Of a DNA stretch of 64,000 nucleotides, positions 50,552 to 63,900 are shown in pieces (within the stretch, counting starts at the first letter, position 1; the number at the start of each line of letters is the position of its first letter). This DNA is from Takakia lepidozioides (Eukaryota; Plantae; Bryophyta), in NCBI GenBank assembly GCA_030704615.1, contig CM060734.1:20894001-20958000 (forward strand). Direction: 5' to 3'. The translations under genes were made by a program, and so were the position numbers. The notes under the pieces are model-generated. The model had not been told where the DNA came from. It was given only the letters and a program-made list of their open reading frames with translations, and ran no database searches.

Positions 50552-52067
50552 TGCAGTGTCCTTATATTCTACCTCTGGTACCTCCGTCACAGGTGTGGGT
50601 ATTACATGCACAGCAGGGATTTCCCTGGACAAATTTTGCACCTCTAGAACCATTGATTCCCTTACCAAGCCAGAGTTTTCATAGAGAAGGTCACCCTTCT
50701 CAATTTCTGCCACGACCTGCTCTGTAGTGGGAATGTCCAACCTTTCTCCGTCCAGAGCAATTGGGGGTGGTGCCACAGTATGTTCTAACTGTGGAACCTC
50801 TGAGGCAACTGAATCAACTGGTACCGAAGTGACTTCTTCCTCCCTCTCCAAAGGCCGTGCTTCCAATAATAACAGCCCTTTGTGCTGCTGTGTCCCATCC
50901 TGCACAAGAGCTTGGGAAACATCATCTTGCGGTTTCCGTGAAGCTAGTGGATCTGCCACTACAGTCATACCCCACTTCTGTCTCTTAGACTGGTGTTGCC
51001 CTGCCAGTCCACCCTCACTATGTGAAGAGCCCTGCTCTTCAATTGCAGTGGTTACTGCCTCAAACACTCTCATTTCCTTACGTTCCCGAGTATCAAGTAT
51101 GCAAGAGTCAAGAATGATTTGGGCAATGATTGGACCAGACACAATGATCGGAGACTTAGCAGCAGTGCCTTGTAATCTCTTCATCTCGTCCACCAGACCA
51201 TTGTACATTAACTCTGCCCAAGCTACATCCTCTCCCCTCAAAGCTTTCAGGATCTCCTCTATGAATGACCTGCTCAAATATTGTTGGTTATGTTTCATGG
51301 CAAACAGAACGTTCAATATTTGGCCAACTTCTCTGAGCCCTGGGTACTCGGCTTTGGTACAAGCGTAACCTTGAGTCTTAAAGAAACTGCCTTCTTGGAA
51401 CAAATTCCCTATCTGCAATCTTGCCCTGTGCTCATCCACATCCACATGACCTGATGGCAAATCAAACAATTGCTGCAAGTACTGGGGAGTAATTTCTATA
51501 TCTACTCCCCTCACCTGGGTAACTCCCGTCCGAGGCTCAAAGTTCTAAAGAAATTGAATCATATACTGCCGATGATGCAAGGACCAGTCCTTGCGTAGCA
51601 GCCCCTCCAATCGCAACTCCCTCAGTAGCTGCACTGCCTGCGGTGTAGCAATTGTTTGCTTCTGCAGAATCGTGGTGCTCTTCACCCTGATATCCTCCAT
51701 TCCCCTTGCTCTCTTCATTCTAGACAAACAAAAAGGCCTTGTTTGAAATAGCTGAAGGAAAGCTTGCAGGGCACAAAGCATAAAGGTATGGTTGGCACAG
51801 AATGGAACAGGTAAGTGCGTGTAAGCCTGTGGGGCTTACAAGTATCGAGTGAGAGAAAATGTACTCTCAATTTGTCCGTCCTTGCGCCACTGCGTGAGAA
51901 GTAAAGCGAGTGTGTAATCCGTTACATCCGCCATAGCTACAAAGCTAGTGCATTGATTGCCCCTCCCGTCAAGACACTGGCTAATCGGAGCCACCCCGAC
52001 TCTTCCGCTCATAACACTTCCTATTTCTTGTTCTTGTTTCTTGGAGGGAACCACCTGCATGTAATTC

Positions 52068-55000
52068 TCACTCCTGATTGGCTGTTGCCTGCTTAGGTAA
52101 CTTCTTAATTCCACCCCCCTCCGTGGACATTCCCACCTGGAAATGTCCAGTAGGACAGCACATGTGGCATAGGTCCCTCTTTTCTGTACTCGGAAAGGGT
52201 TCCGTTACCCTTGCTCTGAATGCATTAATGAGTCCACAAATAGTCTTAGCTGATGTACCGGGTAGGTACTTTGACGGCCCGATTTGTCCTCTTGCATGAT
52301 GAGACCCACTCTTGTAATTTATGCAGTGTTGTGTGCTTCGCCTTAGTGGCCACGTGTCCGTTTTTAGACATGCCCCTGACTTCCCCTCTCCGCGTGGCAT
52401 ATTCTCCGAGTTTGACTTCCAAACTTCTTCTTCACTTGACGGCCACTTTTCTGACGTTAACCCGCGTCCACCTGTCACTGACCCAATGGACTGTGTAACC
52501 CGCATGGGCTGTGTTGGGTTGTGACAAGTTGTGTCTAACTGTGGTGAACTGTGATAGGCTGTGTGACACTGTGATGGGCTGTGATAAGTTGTGTCACGCT
52601 GTGATGGGCTGTGATAGGCTGTGTCACGCTGTGTTGGGCTGTGATAGGCTGTGTGGCACTGTGGTGGGCTATGATATCTATGCGAACACCTGTACTTCCC
52701 GCCCTGGTCATACACGCTCGGCTTAGCGACAAGTAGTCCATACTCCGTTGGTATCATTGGCGCAGCCTGTGACTGTTTTTGCGTTTCAACATGCAAATCG
52801 TGCTGCAATGGTTTGTCATGGATACCACTGTATCCCTTCAACTTATTGGCATTGACTCTCCCCAGCATTTCTTTGTTAATGGTTTGTAACATGGCGGTGT
52901 TATTATCATATATCTTTTGTATGACATAAGGTCATTTCCATGGTGATTTAAGCTTATAAGCTTTAATCTTCCCCTTCTTCTGCAACCACAATACCAAATC
53001 TCCCGTCTTAAAAGTCTTTAATTTACCTTCATCAAACTGATCCTTCATCTTCATCTGAATTCTGGTCATGTTATCAGCTGCATCAGCACGTACTTCTTCC
53101 ACATGATATAATTCATGTTTCCTGACCTTAATTGAATCTTCCAATTCCATTCTCTTTCCCCATTCAGTTCTCATGGTAGGTAACAAGAATTCCACTGGAA
53201 GTAAAGCTTCCATACCATAAACTAATTGGAATGGTGTATACTTAGTGGTGACTTTATATGAAGTCATGTATGACCACAAAGCTGTCAGCAGCTTTGTATC
53301 CCAATCTGTTCTGTTTGCATTGACTATCTTAGCCAAGATAGTACATAGTATTTTGTTGGTAGCCTCTGCCTGCCCATTACCCTGTGGGTAATAAGTTGTA
53401 CTCTTCCTATGCACAATCATGAACTCTTCAGTCAATAGTTCAATGGTCTCATTAATGAAGTGACTTCCCTAGTCACTGATAGATTCCAGGGGACAGCCAA
53501 ATCGTGTAAGTATGTTCTCATACAGGAACCTTGCTGTGGACTTAGCTGTGTTGTCCCTCAGAGCTTTAGCTTCCACCCACTTTGTAGTATAATCAGTGGC
53601 TGTGATTATATACTTGTTGTGTGTATTCTTGGCTGGTGGGTTAATTGGTCCAACAAAGTCTAGTCCCCATTTCTGAAATGGTTCAGTAGGCATCGTAGGA
53701 TGCAAAACCATCTTCCCAGATCTCTGCAATGGTCCTAGCCTCTGGCACTCATCACAACTCTTACAATACTTGTGTACATCCTTGAGCAAAGTAGGCCACC
53801 AGTAACCTGCAAGTAGTATCTTTCTACCGGTAGTCTCTTCTCCAAAATGACCTCCAGCCACTCCTTTATGAACTTCCTCCAAAACTTTATTTACTTCATG
53901 GTGGTACAAGCATCGTTTAAGTACTCCATCAGGTCCTAGCTTATACATTCTGCCCCCTACCATAGTATAAGGTAAAGCCTTGATAGTGATTCTCTTCCTC
54001 TGCTCCTTTCCATAACTAGGTGGGCACTGACCATGAGTAAGGTAGTATCTGATTGGCCACTGCCAATCTAACCAGTCATCTGCACTTCCCTGCACCTCCA
54101 CTGCAAATAAATTCGCATCAGGTAATTGGTCGTCTACTCCTGTGGCGGGCTCTCCTATTGATAGGCGTGACAACTGATCTGCCACAAGATGCAAACGGTC
54201 AGGCTTGTAAACAACTTCGAACTCAAACTCATGCAAGATTATTAACCACCTTGTTATCCTTCCACTTATCAAGAGCCTGGTGATCCACATAAAACATAAA
54301 CTTCCTTCCCAATAGGTAATGCCTGAATTTCTTGACTGCATAAATCATTGCCAGTGCTTCTCTTTCAGTTGTGCTATAGTTCCTTTCAGCACTGTTCATC
54401 AACCTGCTAGCATAGTACACATGTGAATCTATATTTCCTGTAACATTTTGGGCTAAAACTGCTCCCAACGCTTCTCCTGAGGCATCACAGTGAACATGAA
54501 ATACTACATGCCAGTGAGGGTTAATCAGCACAGGTGTAGTTGTTACTGACAATGTAAGTTCCTCAAAAGCCTGTTGACATTCAGCTGTCCATGCAAACAC
54601 TGCATCTTTCTTTATAAGCTTGCTCAACGGTGCTGCTATCTATGCATACCGTCTGACAAATCTTCTGTAATAACTGGTTTGTCCAAGGAATCTCCTCAGA
54701 CTCTTAACATTTACTGGTGGTGGAGAGGCTTTAATGGCCTCTGTCTTTCTGGGATCCACAAGAAGTCCCCTCTTACACACAATGTGTCCCAAAAGCACCC
54801 CTGAGTTCACACAGAAAGTACACTTCTCTGGATTCAGGCCCAGACCTCTCATCCTGCATCTGGCCAAACATAACTCCAATTTATGCAAGTGCTCATTCTT
54901 AGAGCTGTACACACTAAAATCATCCAAGAACACCTGCATGAAATCATCCAGATACTCATGAAAAGATTCACTTATCACTCTCTGAAAGGTTGCTGGTGCA

Positions 55001-56720
55001 TTACAAAGTCCAAAAGGCATGACTTTGTATGCATAAACACCCCAGTCTCTGATGATAGCTATCTTTCCCTGGTCTTCTTCTGCCACTTGCACTTGATTAT
55101 AACCACTGAAGCCATCCATGAATGAGTACATCTCATGGCCTGCCATAGTGTCCAATACCGCTTCTGTGAATGGCAAAGGGAAATGATCTTTCTTCGTACA
55201 AGCATTCAACTTCTTATAGTTCACACAAACTCTCAGTTTACCATTCTTCTTGGGAACTATCACAATGGGTGACAACCAAGTTGTATACTCTATCGGGTAT
55301 ATAAACTTAGCCTCAGCCAACTTCTTGATCTCTTATCCAACCTTCTGTGCATAGTTGGGATTCATTCTGTACCTTGCCTGTTTGATTGGTACTGACCCTG
55401 GTTCCAGTTCAATCTTATGCTGACAGATCTCAGGTGGTATCCCTTTCAGATCCTCGTAGCTCCAAGCAAATACATCTTTGTATTTGATGAACAGACTCTT
55501 AGATTCCTCAAAGAATTCTGCCTCCAAATCAGCCCCTACCTTCACCATCCTCGGTTCCCCTTCACTTCCCACATTCACTTCTCTCGTCTACTCATTAGCT
55601 GTGATTGTCCATCCAATCACCATTTCATCCTGTAAACTCACAGTGGCTGGTTCCTCTAGGATTTCCATTTCTCCCTCTCTTTCTTCATAGAAATGTGGTG
55701 GGTAACTGCTTGTTTCACCCTCAATTGGTGTTGCTATCACTACACCACAACAGATACCTTTTAAACAACTTAGGCCTTTCAATTGCATCTCTGCAACCTG
55801 CTCCCACTCTGGGTGTGCAGCGAACAGGGTAGCTTCCTGCTCCTCATCAAGTCCTCCCCTCCAGTCATACTCCCTGACCTCTCGAGGTCTTCTCGTAGCA
55901 GGTAATCTACTAGATTTCTTAGTGGTGTTTTGTATCTTGTGCATCCCATCACGCACAGTTAGTAACTTGGAATTCCAGTATGGAATACCCTGGCCTGTTT
56001 CAGCCACGGTCGACCCAGCAATAAGGAGTAAGCTTCCATGACTTCATCCATTTTCAACACAGTTACTGTGATCTTAAAGATCATCTTTTGAATCTGTATC
56101 TTAACTCCACTTATCAATCCCAATGGTTGTACACTTCTTTGATCTGCCATTGTTACTGTAAATGGGGTTGGTTTCATTTTACTTAGACCAAGCTTCTGCC
56201 TTAATTGGTCTGTCATGATATTCACTCCAGAGCCTCCATCTATCAGTACATCAGTTAGTTCTGTGCTTCCAATTCTCAATTGGATTACTGGCATAGAATC
56301 ATCAAAGTCCATGACTGTTTCTCGCCCTTTCGGCTTCACATTATAACTGGTCACCTTGCTGTTCAGGTCTGTGTTCCCTGTCACATGGGCAATTCGATTG
56401 ATTGTTTGATACATCATGTGTCTACAATAAGGTGCCACATCCAATAGCTGTCCAATGGTAATCTCCGCTTTGGACTGGCATATTACTTCAGCCAAAGTCC
56501 CTTCATTACTCTGCATTTCTGCAGCTTCTTTCTTCCCTTCATCCTCACTCACTTCCTCTTCTCTTTCAGAATCAGAGGAATCTGCCATAGGAATATGAGT
56601 ACTCTTCTGCATTTCCCTTATGGTATCTGTCACTTCCTTATGCAGTTCCTTCTCATCTCTCCAAGCCTCATCATCTTCAGGCACATCACTGCCATCTTCA
56701 TTATCATCACCTTCCTCATC
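52068..56720 (-). pseudogene. pol: Element B pol (PR-RT-RH-INT), disrupted
   Basis: Same motifs as the A pol (LIDGGSG, FLDD, CDAS, WGLDFVGP), with multiple stops and frameshifts. Confidence 0.93.
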
Positions 56721-56812
56721 TACTGCTCTTTTTGGTATTTATAAGAGATGATGCGACCGCCCAATGGAGATCGTTCTTTTTTGTTGTTTTTTTAAATAAA
56801 ACGACCGCCTAT

Positions 56813-58322
56813 ACGACAACGACACGTTAGTTCCGAAAATTTTGCTACTTATGAACATGAAGCGGTTTCTGCTACGTGATGCTCCAGCCTCCTGTAATAG
56901 CTCACACGTGTAGTCGCCTACCTTGCAAAGTCTTGGCGATCACTGCCTCCACCAAGTGGTTGATGGAGTCTTCGGAAAGCTCCGTGGTCACCGTTATCAT
57001 GTTCAACTGTCGGGGTTTCGGGCACTTTTTGGCCATGTGCCTAGTCTCCCCGCAATTAAAGCACGCCCCATCAAAGGTCGTTTTCTGCCCGTCATGTGCC
57101 GTCGCACCTATTTTTCCTTTCGGAGCACCGGGTGCTGCCCTGGCGTGCGAAGGCCTCCCTTTGATCTCCAATTGTCATTGTCGCCGTGTGGCTTATCCCA
57201 CTTCTTTTCCGACCGGAATCAATCACATTCCCGTCGGACCTTCTTGTGGTTCAGCTCCGTACGGCCCTGTCTTTCGCCCCTAAGGACATCCGAGAAGCAT
57301 TTAGCCCTTTCAATGGCCTCGTTCAAAGTCTTTGATAGCCTCTCCTCCAACTTCCGCCTAGCCCATGGGGCCAGTCCCGCCACAAAGTTGAAAACCAGTT
57401 CTGGTTTCGCCATGTCCGCGACTTCAAACAACAATACATTGAAAGCCTGAATATATCCTCGAATATCATCTGTTTGCTTCAAGTTCTTCATTTTGTCCCA
57501 GGCAAGTCCGGACGCGTTGAGTGGTACAAATTGTTTTTTCATGAGTTCCTTGAACTCACCCCAACTCAAGGGCTCAGGGTTTGGCCCTTGGTTATTAAGA
57601 CGCTTCTACCACCATTGTTGAGCATAGCCCCTCAAATAGGTGGGAGCCACTTCCACCCGATCCTCGTCACTCAGCTTGGCCGCCCGGAAGTACTGCTCCA
57701 GCTCCAAAAGCTAGGTGTTGAGTGCCCTCCGATTTTGGACGCCCTCGAAGGTGTCGGGTTCCTTAGGCTTCATCTTAAACTTTGCCTTAGTTGAAGTGGC
57801 ATTAGCCACCCTCATCACGTCTTTCAACGTCCCGCCAAACTGCGCCAGAAGGCCTTCCCAGAAAGTTGGTAGCATTAGCGGCATCTGTTGGACTGGCGGG
57901 TCTCTCGGAGAGTCCTCAGGTTCTGACTCTCCAAATGTCTCTTGCTCTTGAGCGGCCTCGCTTTCAGAAGCATAAATAGCCTCTTTCGTTTGCCGCTCCG
58001 GCATCACGTCGGCCCCACCGGGCTCACTAGGATCATCGGCTTTCGGGCCGATGCGCTTTTGTTTGGTCTTGCTCGGCCCCATGGTGAGGCCGATCCCAAG
58101 GGCGATCGCATACTGAACTCTAGGCTCTGATATCAAGTGTTGTGCACCTCACTTTGGTAAACTCCCCTTCAAGTCATAGTTACTCGCTTTGATGCACGTG
58201 CCTAATTCCCAACCTGGCCGCCGGACCAACTCGGAGCTTCAACTTCTCACCGGGGCATAACGGTCCCCATTGCTCCCACACAGGACCCTCAAACTATCGG
58301 GCCCAATGGAAATTCCCTTTGG
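56813..58322 (-). mobile_element. Element D: fragment of a C-related chromovirus (partial 5' LTR, PBS, gag), truncated at both ends
   Basis: Homologous to C 48501-50011. LTR end at 58138. PBS-like TGATATCAGAGC. Knuckle CFNCGETRHMAKKC. No TSD. Confidence 0.9.
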
Positions 58323-58360
58323 TTCCACCATATGGTGGTCGTTTCATTTAAAACAAATAC

Positions 58361-58438
58361 CTGTTAGAAGCTCCAGCAGAACCACTCCAAAGCTCCAAGT
58401 GTTACTCTTGGCAAATGCCTGACTCGTCTTTACAGCCT
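58361..58438 (-). pseudogene. Single exon of a receptor-like/Ser-Thr kinase (subdomain IX)
   Basis: Reads cag|GCT...AVKTSQAFAKSNTWSFGVVLLELLT|g-gtattt, matching KSDVWSFGVVLLELLTG and bounded by AG and GT. Confidence 0.75.
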
Positions 58439-58849
58439 GTGGCAGAAATCAGACCAACAATTTTAATGCAAACTATTTGCAGTAAAAAGCACGCATCCTA
58501 CAGATTATTCTGTTCATTGTGGATACTAAACCTTTGACCCAAGTATGTTAAATGGTCAAATGTGAACATCACCAAAGCTACCACATGACTTGGTGATCGT
58601 TGGTTATTTATGATTATCACCAGGCAAGACGTCAACAATCACAGAAAGAGGAATTGGCATCAGATACACGAATTGAGGACAACCCCTGAGACTAGAGATC
58701 GAGATCTTCTTACCCTGGTTGGGGATTGTATTCTGTTCTCATTCTCTGAATTGCCTATTGCTAAACCCACGGCGGTGGCTTCAGTTTGTTTTAATTTTGT
58801 ATTTTTTTAAATAAATTAAATTAAGATTAAATTTATTTTAAAAAATAAA

Positions 58850-59650
58850 ACTTAAAGGAGCTACCGCCGTAATGGCGGTCGCTTCAGTTCTTTAAAAGTC
58901 GAAAAAGAGCTACTGCCATAGGGCGGTCGCTTCATTTTTTTTCTTTAAAAAAAAATCATTTTTAAAAATATTAAAATTTATTTAAAAAAAGGTTATAGGA
59001 GCGACTGCCAATACGGCGGTCGCTTCAGTTTTTTAAAAAGCGAAAAAGAGCGACCGCCATCGGGCGGTCGCTTCATTTTTTTAAGAAATAAAAAATTTAT
59101 TTTTTTATTTTTTATTTTTAATTGAAAAAAATAAAGGAGCGACCGCTGTATTGGCGGTCGCTTCACTTTCTTTAAAAGCGAAGAAGAGCGACCGCCGTAT
59201 GGCGGTTGCTTCATTTTTTTTATTAAAAAAACTTATTTTAAAATTTAACTATTTATTTTAAAATAAAAAAAATAAAAAAACTGAAAGGAGCGCCCGCCGT
59301 ATTGGCAATCGCTTCAGTTTTTAAAAAGTGAAAAAGAGCGACCCCCATATGACGGTCGCTTCATTTTTAAAATAAATAAACGAAAATGAGCGACCACCGT
59401 AGTGGCGGTCGCTTCATTTTTAAAAAAGAAAGAAAAAAGCAACGGCGGTTGCTTCATATTTTTCTTAAAAAAAAGAGCGAGTGCCGCTGTTGCAATCGCT
59501 TCATTTAAAGTTTTTAAAAAAAAGAGCCACTGCCACTAAATGGCGGCTGCTAAATTTAAAAAAACAAAACGAGCGACCCCCATTTGGTGATCGCTGCATT
59601 TTAATTTTTTTTTTAAAGAAGCGACCGCCAAACGGCGGACGCTTAATTTT
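58850..59650. repeat. Array of ~14 GC-rich palindromes separated by A/T-run spacers
   Basis: Consensus GAGCGACCGCC-N4-6-GGCGGTCGCTTC at 58858, 58907, 58999, 59048, 59137, 59186, 59288, 59336, 59388, 59438 (half), 59475, 59524, 59571 and 59619. Confidence 0.93.
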
Positions 59651-59767
59651 AGAATCAAAATTACATCGATAAACGTCCGGACGCACGTCCGACGTGACGT
59701 ACGTCCGACGTGACGAGAGAATGGAGATTTAGTGTGAGTATAGATAGGAGAGCTGTTGGAGTGCACC

Positions 59768-62700
59768 ATAAGCGATGAGTTTCTGCAGCAGATTTCCTCA
59801 AACTCCAGTTCTTTGGGTCCACAGCTGTCTCAAAGGATAGCCAAGTTGGAAGCTAGAATGGTAGGCAAACCAGCCTCCCTCCCTTCCCAACTGACATGTC
59901 AAGTGCAGCCTCTTCAACTTCTCGTCCAGTTTTGCAGTGCAGTGGTGCATCAGAGTCCAGCGACTCTGAAAACGATGATGTAAGGACTCCATATGAGCAT
60001 GGAAAGCTGAAGAGCTTTATTTTTGGGCATTCGCTAATCACTTGAGCATTGCTACACTGGGGAGGCAGTGGCACAAACACATGCATAGACACAGATTGTT
60101 GCAACCAGTGACTATCACTCACGGCAATGTTGTTCCCGTGCAGGATGGTAAAGACTTCGTGATTCAACCTAATCCTCGCGTTGGCTCTCGAGATGTGACT
60201 CAATGCAAGAAACAAAAACGAGGAAAAGATTCATCTTCAGGGCGGGGCTTACGAATCAAGGTGCGCGATTGATACTACATTTCACTTGTCATGCTTAATA
60301 GTTGTCCGATGTTGCAATACCCTAGAAAAGTGAAGTTATTGCATTGATGCTGGTGATGCAGAAGGTGGCTCTGGCTCAGACTGGAAGGCCTCAAGAGGAG
60401 AAAAGGAGCGTGCATCTTCAGGTCAACAGACTATATGCTTACATTCTTTACATTTTCTTGGAGATGGGTGAGTTAGTTCTCAGGTTTGTTTATAAGCTCA
60501 TGCCAGTCCACCCAAGGGTCCACTTCCTTCTGGTAATTTACCTGAATTCATGACTGCCAACGGTAGAATTGTATTTTTAGTTTTGGGTCCATGCTTTTGC
60601 CTAAACACACTTGTAAATCTCAAATTGGACCTGCTTAGTGGGTGCAGTTTGTGTTGTGTTGCTCACCAACGTATATTGTAAGTTTGCCAGTGAATTTATG
60701 ATTTGAAGCATATTTTGTGGAAGCAGGAAGAACTTACAAGCCTACAGACAAAGACAAGGTCCCTGGAGGAGGAGATGTTGAGAGTTAAGCAAGAAGCTTT
60801 CAATGCTGAGCAAAACTGCAAAAACTTTGAGAAGGTCTGTCAGTTCACCTTGCTACGCCATACATTTCATCAACCACAAGTATGTGATGTGTTTTCCCTA
60901 TTCACACTTCTTAGTCCCCAAATGCAGACCCCAAATGCAGATGCTTCTTGTATTGATCGTTTTTACCCACTTAATTGAGCAGAAAGGCCATGAAGAATCA
61001 ATTTTGGTTTAAACCCAGCCAGACATATCAAGTCTGAGGCAAACAGTCTGCCACAGCTAGGCCCCTCTGTGTTTACTGCATGTGATGTCACAGCAGTGAA
61101 TTTTCACAAACTAAGGACAGTACTTGCATAGTCACTACCATACTATGACTATTCTAGGTTCTGGCAAACTCTAGCCAACAGTGATTTAAACAATCATTGG
61201 TTGGGTTTGTGTACATTTTGGATCCATTGAAGGTCTGTCTGAGGAGTTGTCCATGTAAATCTGACTATGGACGTCAGATTGAACCCTTCAAGTTCACATC
61301 AACTGCCATTTGGCCTCTCTGGAATGGCAGAGGTGAATCTTCATCTTCATACATATTGTCAGATTCATGGGTTCCAAGCAGAAAAATATGCAGGTTTCTC
61401 TTTGCTACTTTTGGCTTAATCATTTGCCAGAATGCCAGAATGCATAGTCTCTTTCATGTTGGCCCACTTGGCGTCGCAGCTACGTTACGTAACATGTCAG
61501 CATGTTGTCATTATGTGTTCTAATTGCTTGTTGCAGAATCCATCTATGAGTAGTAACAATGGTCCAAAAACAGGAGCTGAAAGCGTCGGAAGAATGTGAA
61601 CGCCTACGGGACCAGAAGGTGCTTTAATTACGACGCTTCAAAAGATTCTATTAGAAGTTTGAATTGTATGCACATTTGCTATGCTGAAAGCCACAAAGGC
61701 AACATCTGTATTAAATGGATGTCTGCGTATTGAGGAACCCATAACACTAAAATCTGTGTGTGTCATTGGTGATATCACTAGCTTTTGGGTTTATGTATGT
61801 TCTGATTTATGAAAGGGTTTTAGGCTCGACTCTTAATGCAAGGTCTTCATTTTGAAATGCTCCTGGTTTGGGTTAATCGGTCTCCTTCCCTTACTCCCTT
61901 CTTCACCGATAAGGTTGTGGTCTTTACTCTGTCATAATGAAGGTATCGCACAACATTTTGTATGAAGTGGCAATGCAGAGAATGAAAGTGGTTTCAGACC
62001 TCCTTGTTGCAGTTGCCAAGAGTGAAAGGCAAGATGCTCGGACAACTGTATCAGACTTGGCAATGTTGAATTTATGAGGTTGGCACTGTCCCTTTGCTTC
62101 TGTCCATCCAGGGAGATTGTTGATCATGTAAGAATAGCTATGGACGGTTAACCTGGGTTTTATGAAGTGCAGTCTTTGCCAGTATTAGGAACAATTGCAT
62201 TCTATGTTCATGGTCTGCTTGTAGCCAACTTACTGAATCCCCTATGTTCTGGACCTGTTTAAATGCTTCTGTGAGAATAAGCAATACCCATTACATGGCA
62301 GGGCAAGAACAGTGCTATCAGAGGTTTGGGAGGATGGTCAATCCTTTAAAGAGATTCAAGCCCGCCTAGTAATATTCTTCTTAACCTTGTCAAGCAGTTT
62401 AGGTGAAGACCATCTGTGTTTTTATGGATCTGTGTCTCCATTTGGTGTTCTGTCAGTTCCTAAAGTAGTTGAGTCTCTTTTCTTGCCCCTCTCGCTCTAC
62501 CTCCTTACCTTTTGGCCTATCTCTACACACATTGATGTTGGCATATGTTTCCAGCGGTGTCTACTGGAGCAAAAGACGTATCTTCATAAGCATCGCAAAG
62601 AGCTTAAGAAGCAACCAACTGGTAGGGGTGGCATCCTTTAGTGGCTTATTGAATTGCACAACATCTGACCCCTTTTCAACAGCCAAGCAGGTTTCTGATG
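59768..62700 (+). pseudogene. TSL: 5' half of a TOUSLED-like kinase gene with introns; no kinase domain
   Basis: (ATA)SDEFLQQISSNS...IAKLEARMVGK...SSDSENDD, then MKVVSDLLVAVAKSERQDAR, TVLSEVWEDGQSFKEIQARL and LLEQK...RKELKKQ. GT-AG boundaries at 59980, 60143, 60261, 60726 and 60835. The start codon is lost and there is a frameshift in exon 1. Confidence 0.88.
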
Positions 62701-63216
62701 GATATAATGCCAACTTTGACAGCACAGAGTTTTCCTGCCGTCTGGTTTAAAGTTTGTATGTATGTCTCCATATTTCTTCGTAGACCCAAATATGGTCCAT
62801 TCTTATAACTTAGAGGCCCTCTGGAAATGGGACATTTCAATGAGGTCCAGACCCCTATAGTAGGAGTTTCTGGATCAACCATAAAAGACCTCTAATCCAA
62901 CCCACTAGCACGGCTACTGGTGGTGGGCTCGTCCTCTTCCTCTTCCGAGCAAGTGTACTCAGTGGAAGTGTACTCAGTGGGTCCACTCGGGGCACTCTCT
63001 ACTGAGGAGGTGGCCTATGCCAAAGGAATCCTCAGGCCAAAAAGAAAAGCTACTGGCCAAGCTAGATCCGGTGGGATTGACCTACGAACTGCAGCTGGTG
63101 ATGCAACAAAATAACTCTCTGCTGGGCGGTCTCTAACATTGTCTAGCAGTGATAATGAACCGGATGCAATCAACTCACGAATAAAAGCTACTGGCGTGAA
63201 ACCTCGGTGATAGTAT

Positions 63217-63900
63217 GGGGGGGGGGGGGGGGGGGGGGGGGTTAAGAATGGTCGGCAGGACCTCCTCGGATGTGGGAAACACTCACTCTCGAACCCGTCC
63301 TCTCCTGGGCCGACTCCAATCAGCCAATCTATGAAGGCAGGGCGATGATCGCAGATAGCACGTCCTACACATGCTCTCAACGGGTCTAACCGCCTAGCGA
63401 TCTTGCTTCGCGTATACGACAGGATGTCTGTGATGGTACGACACAACACACAACAAGCCAACTAGGCCACCTGCCATGCAAGATGGACCTCAAGGGCCGA
63501 ATCAAAATGAATATAAGCGAGAAAAGATGGTTGATAACAGCCCGACCAACGGGTGTTGAACCGAAAAAACGTAGAAATAGGAGCCGTTTGGGGTCCAACC
63601 CGGGCTGAGATCCAACACCCACGATACTCCTCTGCAATGGTCAAGATGCGTCGTCGCATTAACCTGCAAATCACTGTGGCCTCGGGGCCAGGTACGTCGC
63701 CAGTCCTGGAAATAATGGCGAGGGAACTCCGATGGTGCGGCCATACTGACACTCAAAAGTCTCCATGAGGTTAGCAAAGTGCATCCTCAAGTGTGTTAAC
63801 TTTGTCTAATCTCATCTAAAGTATTCGGTTTTTCCCGGCTGAGACAAGAATACAAAATATAAAACGTCAGATAAAGTGAAAAAACAAGATCTAGGCAGAT
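63217..63900 (-). mobile_element. Possible decayed LINE 3' region ending in a poly(C)/(G) run
   Basis: Weak zf-RVT-like ILHGRWPS...CCVLC. A 25-nt G run lies at 63217-63241. Confidence 0.2.

Larger units (their letters stand above)
41209..51934 (-). pseudogene. Element B extra 3' ORF (~1,250 aa after removing element C)
   Basis: Pieces 51836-52114, 51545-51781, 50531-51514, [C insertion], 42907-43434, 42474-42926, 42274-42486 and 41209-42210 align with the A extra ORF. Both copies end RFANPKQ*. Confidence 0.8.
40360..56725 (-). mobile_element. Element B: relative of A, cut off within the gag-PR region; contains nested element C
   Basis: 3' LTR at 40360-41170 ((C)GTCGAGCGG...CTCTAACA). PPT, extra 3' ORF and INT/RH/RT/PR are collinear with A. 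Homology to A stops at ~56725. Confidence 0.93.

Noticed and set aside
58850-59650. CRISPR-like appearance of the palindromic repeats
   Set aside because: The context is eukaryotic, the spacers are low-complexity A/T runs of uneven length, the repeats are degenerate, and there are no cas genes.
63217-63241. 25-nt G run as a functional G-quadruplex
   Set aside because: It is a simple homopolymer like those in the LTRs and LINE, its length is unreliable, and nothing supports a function.
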